Shown in pieces: positions 55,415-64,000 of a stretch of 64,000 nucleotides of DNA; the first letter of the stretch is position 1, and every line of letters begins with the position of its first letter. This DNA comes from Escherichia coli. GTDB lineage: Bacteria > Pseudomonadota > Gammaproteobacteria > Enterobacterales > Enterobacteriaceae. The position numbers were made by a program, and so were the translations under genes. Where the stretch lies: NCBI RefSeq assembly GCF_003334815.1, contig NZ_QOWO01000006.1, one strand, 5' to 3'. Below the pieces are notes generated by a model. The model made no database searches. It saw nothing but the letters and a program-made list of their open reading frames with translations, and was not told the origin of the DNA.

Positions 55415-56593
55415 ATGCAATTGCGTAAATTACTGCTGCCAGGACTGCTTTCCGTTACCCTTTTAAGCGGCTGTTCGCTGTTTAACAGCGAAGAAGATGT
55501 GGTAAAGATGTCCCCATTGCCAACCGTTGAAAACCAGTTTACGCCGACCACGGCGTGGAGCACTTCCGTTGGTAGCGGCATTGGCAACTTCTATTCCAAT
55601 CTTCATCCGGCACTGGCGGACAACGTTGTCTATGCAGCGGACCGCGCTGGTTTAGTAAAAGCGCTGAATGCGGATGATGGCAAAGAAATCTGGTCTGTCA
55701 GCCTGGCCGAGAAAGATGGCTGGTTCTCTAAAGAGCCTGCATTACTTTCTGGCGGTGTGACCGTGTCTGGTGGGCATGTCTACATTGGCAGCGAAAAGGC
55801 GCAGGTTTACGCGCTGAATACCAGCGATGGTACTGTGGCATGGCAAACTAAAGTCGCGGGTGAAGCACTTTCGCGCCCGGTGGTCAGCGACGGTCTGGTG
55901 TTAATCCACACCAGTAACGGTCAGTTACAAGCGCTGAACGAAGCTGACGGCGCTGTCAAATGGACAGTTAACCTCGATATGCCTTCGCTCTCTTTGCGTG
56001 GCGAGTCTGCGCCGGCAACGGCTTTTGGTGCGGCCGTCGTGGGGGGCGATAATGGTCGCGTCAGCGCAGTGCTGATGGAACAGGGCCAGATGATTTGGCA
56101 GCAGCGTATTTCCCAGGCGACCGGTTCTACCGAAATTGACCGTCTGAGCGATGTTGACACGACTCCCGTCGTTGTTAACGGCGTTGTTTTCGCGCTGGCC
56201 TATAATGGTAACCTGACGGCGCTTGATCTGCGCAGTGGTCAGATTATGTGGAAACGCGAACTGGGTTCGGTGAATGATTTCATCGTCGACGGCAATCGCA
56301 TCTATCTGGTCGATCAAAATGACCGGGTGATGGCGTTGACCATTGATGGCGGCGTTACGCTGTGGACACAAAGCGATCTGCTGCATCGCCTGCTGACTTC
56401 TCCGGTGCTGTATAATGGCAACCTGGTGGTCGGTGACAGTGAAGGTTATCTGCACTGGATTAACGTCGAAGATGGTCGTTTCGTTGCCCAGCAAAAAGTT
56501 GATAGTTCCGGTTTCCAGACTGAACCGGTTGCCGCTGACGGCAAACTGCTGATCCAGGCAAAAGACGGAACCGTGTACTCTATTACACGTTAA
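55415..56593 (+). CDS. bamB: outer membrane protein assembly factor BamB (PQQ beta-propeller lipoprotein), 392 aa
   Basis: Lipobox LLSGC; repeated beta-propeller blades. Confidence 0.95.
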   Translation: MQLRKLLLPGLLSVTLLSGCSLFNSEEDVVKMSPLPTVENQFTPTTAWSTSVGSGIGNFYSNLHPALADNVVYAADRAGLVKALNADDGKEIWSVSLAEKDGWFSKEPALLSGGVTVSGGHVYIGSEKAQVYALNTSDGTVAWQTKVAGEALSRPVVSDGLVLIHTSNGQLQALNEADGAVKWTVNLDMPSLSLRGESAPATAFGAAVVGGDNGRVSAVLMEQGQMIWQQRISQATGSTEIDRLSDVDTTPVVVNGVVFALAYNGNLTALDLRSGQIMWKRELGSVNDFIVDGNRIYLVDQNDRVMALTIDGGVTLWTQSDLLHRLLTSPVLYNGNLVVGDSEGYLHWINVEDGRFVAQQKVDSSGFQTEPVAADGKLLIQAKDGTVYSITR

Positions 56594-56616
56594 TCGTCTC
56601 TGTCGTTCACTTTGAA

Positions 56617-56650
56617 AACGGCTCCTGGACAGGGGCCGTTTTCCTGTTTT
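56617..56650 (+). terminator. Rho-independent terminator downstream of bamB
   Basis: AACGGCTCCT ... AGGGGCCGTT stem followed by TTCCTGTTTTT. Confidence 0.6.
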
Positions 56651-56710
56651 TAACAACGACGCGAATATAGCGTGCGTTGTCTGATGATTTATAAAAATGA
56701 GGCTTTAAAC

Positions 56711-58183
56711 ATGGTACCTGTGGTCGCGCTTGTCGGGCGCCCTAACGTAGGAAAATCCACGTTATTTAACCGTCTAACTCGCACCCGAGATGCGCTGGTT
56801 GCGGATTTCCCGGGTCTGACTCGTGACCGTAAGTACGGTCGTGCGGAAATTGAAGGCCGTGAGTTTATCTGTATTGATACCGGCGGGATTGATGGCACAG
56901 AAGACGGTGTAGAAACCCGCATGGCGGAACAGTCGCTGCTGGCGATTGAAGAAGCGGACGTCGTACTGTTTATGGTGGATGCGCGCGCGGGCCTGATGCC
57001 GGCAGATGAAGCGATTGCCAAACATCTGCGCTCCCGTGAAAAACCGACCTTCCTGGTGGCAAACAAAACTGACGGTCTGGATCCCGATCAGGCAGTGGTT
57101 GATTTCTACTCGCTTGGTTTAGGTGAAATCTACCCGATCGCCGCGTCTCACGGTCGTGGCGTATTAAGTCTGCTGGAGCATGTGCTGCTGCCGTGGATGG
57201 AAGATCTCGCACCGCAAGAGGAAGTCGACGAAGACGCTGAATACTGGGCGCAATTTGAAGCGGAAGAGAACGGCGAAGAAGAAGAGGAAGACGACTTCGA
57301 CCCGCAAAGTCTGCCGATCAAACTGGCGATTGTGGGTCGTCCGAACGTAGGTAAGTCTACACTCACTAACCGTATTCTTGGTGAAGAGCGCGTTGTTGTT
57401 TACGACATGCCTGGCACGACGCGTGACAGCATCTACATCCCAATGGAACGCGATGGACGTGAGTATGTGCTCATTGACACCGCTGGCGTACGTAAACGCG
57501 GCAAAATCACCGATGCTGTAGAGAAATTCTCCGTAATCAAAACGTTGCAGGCCATTGAAGACGCCAACGTGGTGATGTTAGTGATTGATGCGCGCGAAGG
57601 TATTTCCGATCAGGATCTCTCGCTGCTGGGCTTTATTCTCAATAGTGGGCGCTCACTTGTCATTGTGGTGAATAAGTGGGATGGCCTGAGTCAGGAAGTG
57701 AAAGAGCAGGTGAAAGAAACGCTGGACTTCCGTCTGGGCTTTATCGATTTTGCTCGTGTGCACTTTATCTCTGCCTTGCACGGCAGTGGTGTTGGTAACT
57801 TGTTTGAATCAGTACGTGAAGCGTATGACAGCTCCACCCGTCGTGTGGGGACCTCTATGCTGACGCGCATCATGACGATGGCTGTTGAAGATCACCAACC
57901 GCCGCTGGTACGCGGTCGTCGTGTGAAGCTGAAATATGCCCACGCCGGTGGTTATAACCCGCCGATTGTGGTGATTCACGGTAATCAGGTGAAAGACCTG
58001 CCTGATTCCTACAAGCGCTACTTGATGAACTACTTCCGCAAATCGCTGGACGTAATGGGATCGCCGATTCGTATTCAGTTCAAAGAAGGGGAAAACCCGT
58101 ATGCGAATAAGCGTAACACCCTGACGCCAACCCAGATGCGTAAACGTAAGCGTCTGATGAAGCACATCAAGAAAAATAAATAA
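56711..58183 (+). CDS. der: ribosome-associated GTPase Der (EngA), tandem GTPase domains, 490 aa
   Basis: Track ORF 56672..58183; start [17 protein letters not shown]; second G-domain P-loop GRPNVGKST at residue ~205; C-terminal KH-like domain. Confidence 0.96.
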
Positions 58184-58252
58184 TTATCCGTAAGTATTTT
58201 ATCTGCCATTCCCTCTATGAATGTAGAGGGAATGGCTACCGGAGGAATTCAT

Positions 58253-59865
<1,613 letters not shown>

Positions 59866-59947
59866 TTATTCAGTCGATAGTAACCCGCCCTTCGGGGATA
59901 GCAAGCATTTTTTGCAAAAAGGGGTAGATGCAATCGGTTACGCTCTG

Positions 59948-59953
59948 TATAAT
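59948..59953 (+). promoter_or_regulatory. TATAAT -10 hexamer of a candidate guaBA promoter, preceded by an A/T-rich UP-like tract
   Basis: Exact TATAAT 44 bp upstream of the guaB ATG; upstream GCATTTTTTGCAAAAAGG A/T tract. Confidence 0.5.
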
Positions 59954-59996
59954 GCCGCGGCAATATTTATTAACCACTCTGGTCGAGATATTGCCC

Positions 59997-61463
59997 ATGC
60001 TACGTATCGCTAAAGAAGCTCTGACGTTTGACGACGTTCTCCTCGTTCCTGCTCACTCTACCGTTCTGCCGAATACTGCTGACCTCAGCACCCAGCTGAC
60101 GAAAACTATTCGTCTGAATATCCCTATGCTTTCCGCAGCAATGGATACCGTAACGGAAGCGCGCCTGGCTATTGCTCTGGCTCAGGAAGGCGGTATCGGC
60201 TTTATCCACAAAAACATGTCCATTGAACGCCAGGCAGAAGAAGTTCGCCGTGTGAAAAAACACGAATCTGGTGTGGTGACTGATCCGCAGACTGTTCTGC
60301 CAACCACGACGCTGCGCGAAGTGAAAGAACTGACCGAGCGTAACGGTTTTGCGGGCTATCCGGTCGTTACCGAAGAAAACGAACTGGTGGGTATTATCAC
60401 CGGTCGTGACGTGCGTTTTGTTACCGACCTGAACCAGCCGGTTAGCGTTTACATGACGCCGAAAGAGCGTCTGGTCACCGTGCGTGAAGGTGAAGCCCGT
60501 GAAGTGGTGCTGGCAAAAATGCACGAAAAACGCGTTGAAAAAGCGCTGGTGGTTGATGACGAATTCCACCTGATCGGCATGATCACCGTGAAAGACTTCC
60601 AGAAAGCGGAACGTAAACCGAACGCCTGTAAAGACGAGCAAGGCCGTCTGCGTGTTGGTGCAGCGGTTGGCGCAGGTGCGGGTAACGAAGAGCGTGTTGA
60701 CGCGCTGGTTGCCGCAGGCGTTGACGTTCTGCTGATCGACTCCTCCCACGGTCACTCAGAAGGTGTACTGCAACGTATCCGTGAAACCCGTGCTAAATAT
60801 CCGGATCTGCAAATTATCGGCGGCAACGTGGCAACAGCTGCAGGTGCACGCGCTCTGGCAGAAGCTGGTTGCAGTGCGGTTAAAGTCGGCATTGGCCCTG
60901 GCTCTATCTGTACAACTCGTATCGTGACTGGCGTCGGTGTTCCGCAGATTACCGCTGTTGCTGACGCAGTAGAAGCCCTGGAAGGCACCGGTATTCCGGT
61001 TATCGCTGATGGCGGTATTCGCTTCTCCGGCGACATCGCCAAAGCTATCGCCGCTGGCGCAAGCGCGGTGATGGTAGGTTCCATGCTGGCGGGTACTGAA
61101 GAATCTCCGGGTGAAATCGAACTCTACCAGGGCCGTTCTTACAAATCTTACCGTGGTATGGGTTCCCTGGGCGCGATGTCCAAAGGTTCCTCTGACCGTT
61201 ATTTCCAGAGCGATAACGCTGCCGACAAACTGGTGCCGGAAGGTATCGAAGGTCGCGTAGCCTATAAAGGTCGCCTGAAAGAGATCATTCACCAGCAGAT
61301 GGGCGGCCTGCGCTCCTGTATGGGTCTGACCGGCTGTGGTACTATCGACGAACTGCGTACTAAAGCGGAGTTTGTACGTATCAGCGGTGCGGGCATTCAG
61401 GAAAGCCACGTTCACGACGTGACCATTACTAAAGAGTCCCCGAACTACCGTCTGGGCTCCTGA
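59997..61463 (+). CDS. guaB: IMP dehydrogenase, 488 aa
   Basis: Track ORF 59928..61463; start [18 protein letters not shown]; tandem CBS domains and catalytic Cys loop [11 protein letters not shown]. Confidence 0.97.
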
Positions 61464-61531
61464 TTCTCTTCGCCCGACTTCATGTCGGGCGATTTATATT
61501 ATCTGTTTCACTTGCCTCGGAATAAGCGTCA

Positions 61532-63109
61532 ATGACGGAAAACATTCATAAGCATCGCATCCTCATTCTGGACTTCGGTTCTCAGTACACTCAACTGGTT
61601 GCGCGCCGCGTGCGTGAGCTGGGTGTTTACTGCGAACTGTGGGCGTGGGATGTGACAGAAGCACAAATTCGTGACTTCAATCCAAGCGGCATTATTCTTT
61701 CCGGCGGCCCGGAAAGTACTACTGAAGAAAACAGTCCGCGTGCGCCGCAGTATGTCTTTGAAGCAGGCGTACCGGTATTCGGCGTTTGCTATGGCATGCA
61801 GACCATGGCAATGCAGTTGGGCGGTCACGTTGAAGCCTCTAACGAACGTGAATTTGGCTACGCGCAGGTTGAAGTCGTAAACGACAGCGCACTGGTTCGC
61901 GGTATCGAAGATGCGCTGACCGCAGACGGTAAACCGCTGCTCGATGTCTGGATGAGCCACGGCGATAAAGTTACCGCTATTCCGTCCGACTTCATCACCG
62001 TAGCCAGCACCGAAAGCTGCCCGTTTGCCATTATGGCTAACGAAGAAAAACGCTTCTATGGCGTACAGTTCCACCCGGAAGTGACTCACACCCGCCAGGG
62101 TATGCGCATGCTGGAGCGTTTTGTGCGTGATATCTGCCAGTGTGAAGCCCTGTGGACGCCAGCGAAAATTATCGACGATGCTGTAGCTCGCATCCGCGAG
62201 CAGGTAGGCGACGATAAAGTCATCCTCGGCCTCTCTGGTGGTGTGGATTCCTCCGTAACCGCAATGCTGCTGCACCGCGCTATCGGTAAAAACCTGACTT
62301 GCGTATTCGTCGACAACGGCCTGCTGCGCCTCAACGAAGCAGAGCAGGTTCTGGATATGTTTGGCGATCACTTTGGTCTTAACATTGTTCACGTACCGGC
62401 AGAAGATCGCTTCCTGTCAGCGCTGGCTGGCGAAAACGATCCGGAAGCAAAACGTAAAATCATCGGTCGCGTTTTCGTTGAAGTATTCGATGAAGAAGCG
62501 CTGAAACTGGAAGACGTGAAGTGGCTGGCGCAGGGCACCATCTACCCTGACGTTATCGAATCTGCGGCGTCTGCAACCGGTAAAGCACACGTCATCAAAT
62601 CTCACCACAACGTGGGCGGCCTGCCGAAAGAGATGAAGATGGGCCTGGTTGAACCGCTGAAAGAGCTGTTCAAAGACGAAGTGCGTAAGATTGGTCTGGA
62701 GCTGGGCCTGCCGTACGACATGCTGTACCGTCACCCGTTCCCGGGACCAGGCCTTGGCGTTCGTGTTCTGGGTGAAGTGAAGAAAGAGTACTGTGACCTG
62801 CTGCGCCGTGCTGACGCCATCTTCATTGAAGAACTGCGTAAAGCGGACCTGTACGACAAAGTCAGCCAGGCGTTCACTGTGTTCCTGCCGGTACGTTCCG
62901 TTGGCGTAATGGGCGATGGTCGTAAGTATGACTGGGTTGTCTCTCTGCGTGCTGTCGAAACCATCGACTTTATGACCGCACACTGGGCGCATCTGCCGTA
63001 CGATTTCCTCGGTCGCGTTTCCAACCGCATTATCAATGAAGTGAACGGTATTTCCCGCGTGGTGTATGACATCAGCGGCAAGCCGCCAGCTACCATTGAG
63101 TGGGAATGA
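61532..63109 (+). CDS. guaA: GMP synthase (glutamine-hydrolysing), 525 aa
   Basis: GATase domain (GVCYGMQ) and ATP-PPase P-loop SGGVDSS. Confidence 0.97.
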
Positions 63110-63134
63110 TTTGACCCTGCACTATGAATGAACA

Positions 63135-63163
63135 AAACCCTCTGTTACTACAGAGGGTTTTTT
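63135..63163 (+). terminator. Rho-independent terminator downstream of guaA
   Basis: Perfect 11-bp stem AAACCCTCTGT / ACAGAGGGTTT with 4-nt loop, followed by TTTT. Confidence 0.8.
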
Positions 63164-63201
63164 ATCTTCAAGAATTATAGGATTGAAGTTACTAACATCG
63201 A

Positions 63202-63741
63202 TTAATTAAACCAGCTGTCCGATTTGTTCTCTTCTGCTTTGCCCACGCTTTTCATCAGATCGCGACCGCCTTCAGTCATATTTCTGTTGGCGTCAGCTTC
63301 AGATTGCACCACATCGGTTTGCGCAGCTTTGTGCTTCAGTTCCTGATCGATAAATTCGTTTTCTCGCTTAACGCGGGCTTCTTCTTTCGCCAGCGCCAGT
63401 TTTTGTTTCTGAATCTCTAAGCTGCGTAGCTCATCTTCATAACTTTGATCGCGTTTTTTGTCCGCAGAGGCTTCGGCGTCCAGTTTATCCTGACGAGCTT
63501 TCTTATTTGCCGCTGCCGTTGCCGCTCTTTTGTTAGCGGCGGCCTGGGCATTTGCGCGACGTTGCTTCTCTTGCTGGATTTCCCTGTTGCGCTCCGCGAC
63601 CCATTCGTCATGCTGCCTTTGCTCTTCATTTTTACCTTGCTGTTCCGCTTCTGCGACAGCAGAGAGTTGATCCTGCAATGATGAGGCGATAGCCGGATAG
63701 CTTAAGGAGGCTAAGATGGCGCAAAGAAAAACTTTCTTCAT
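63202..63741 (-). CDS. yfgI: secreted coiled-coil protein YfgI, 179 aa
   Basis: Signal peptide MKKVFLCAILASLSYPAIA followed by charged K/E/Q/A-rich helical sequence. Confidence 0.88.
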   Translation of the reverse strand: MKKVFLCAILASLSYPAIASSLQDQLSAVAEAEQQGKNEEQRQHDEWVAERNREIQQEKQRRANAQAAANKRAATAAANKKARQDKLDAEASADKKRDQSYEDELRSLEIQKQKLALAKEEARVKRENEFIDQELKHKAAQTDVVQSEADANRNMTEGGRDLMKSVGKAEENKSDSWFN

Positions 63742-63756
63742 GACTCCTCCTGATTA

Positions 63757-64000
63757 TTAGCTCTTTTCAGGACATTTGGTATTTGGCTGAATACGCGTTT
63801 CGTTATACGTCGTGGTAATAACAACGGCTAAACCTGTCGTAAACTGGCACTCTTTACCCACCTGGGTAGAGGTATACACTTTGGTGCCTTCCTTATAGGT
63901 TAAAGAAACACCTTCCACTAAGGTTTTATCATTCACCATAGAACCCGCTGCCGCGCCTACAGCTCCGCCGCCAACTGCACCTGCCGTCGTTCCGGAATTG
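63757..64000 (-). CDS. yfgH: outer-membrane lipoprotein YfgH (glycine-zipper), 3' portion; gene starts beyond window end
   Basis: Minus-strand frame open to the window edge; Gly/Ala-rich segment then stop at 63757. Confidence 0.75.
   Translation of the reverse strand, partial: NSGTTAGAVGGGAVGAAAGSMVNDKTLVEGVSLTYKEGTKVYTSTQVGKECQFTTGLAVVITTTYNETRIQPNTKCPEKS

Noticed and set aside
60000-61415. Two long minus-strand ORFs (251 and 219 aa) antisense to guaB
   Set aside because: Overlap the IMP dehydrogenase gene completely; translations are His/Arg/Thr-rich and featureless; artefact of codon bias.

Overview
This window reads as a contiguous Escherichia coli K-12-like chromosomal segment (reverse-complement of the usual reference orientation), running from the 3' part of purL to guaBA and yfgI/yfgH. 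Gene order: purL – glmY sRNA – glrK-qseG-glrR-glnB – hmp (divergent) – glyA – yphH – yphGFEDCB – yphA – hcaDBCFE / hcaR-hcaT – csiE – yfhR – suhB – trmJ – iscRSUA-hscBA-fdx-iscX-pepB-sseB – sseA – yfhM-pbpC – ndk – rlmN-rodZ-ispG-hisS-yfgM-bamB-der – yfgJ – xseA – guaBA – yfgI – yfgH. I see no rRNA, tRNA, CRISPR array, IS element, integrase or prophage; the only repeats are REP/BIME elements and one coding microsatellite. Gene identities are my recognition of the translated ORFs plus synteny, since no database search was possible. I did not find a convincing novel multi-gene system; most of the window is well-characterised housekeeping DNA. The items most worth a second look are: (1) the 817-bp sseB–sseA intergenic region, which holds two tandem paralogous promoter/terminator modules and a possible 24-aa ORF (ryfA-family sRNA or type I toxin–antitoxin-like locus); (2) a perfect (CTGCG)5 repeat inside hcaD, apparently giving a 5-residue in-frame insertion; (3) an apparent +1 frameshift splitting the ROK regulator gene yphH; (4) the functionally uncharacterised yph sugar-utilisation-like cluster with the 1093-aa YphG. 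The glmY sigma-54 promoter with three TGTC-N10-GACA activator sites is fully readable but is a known system.
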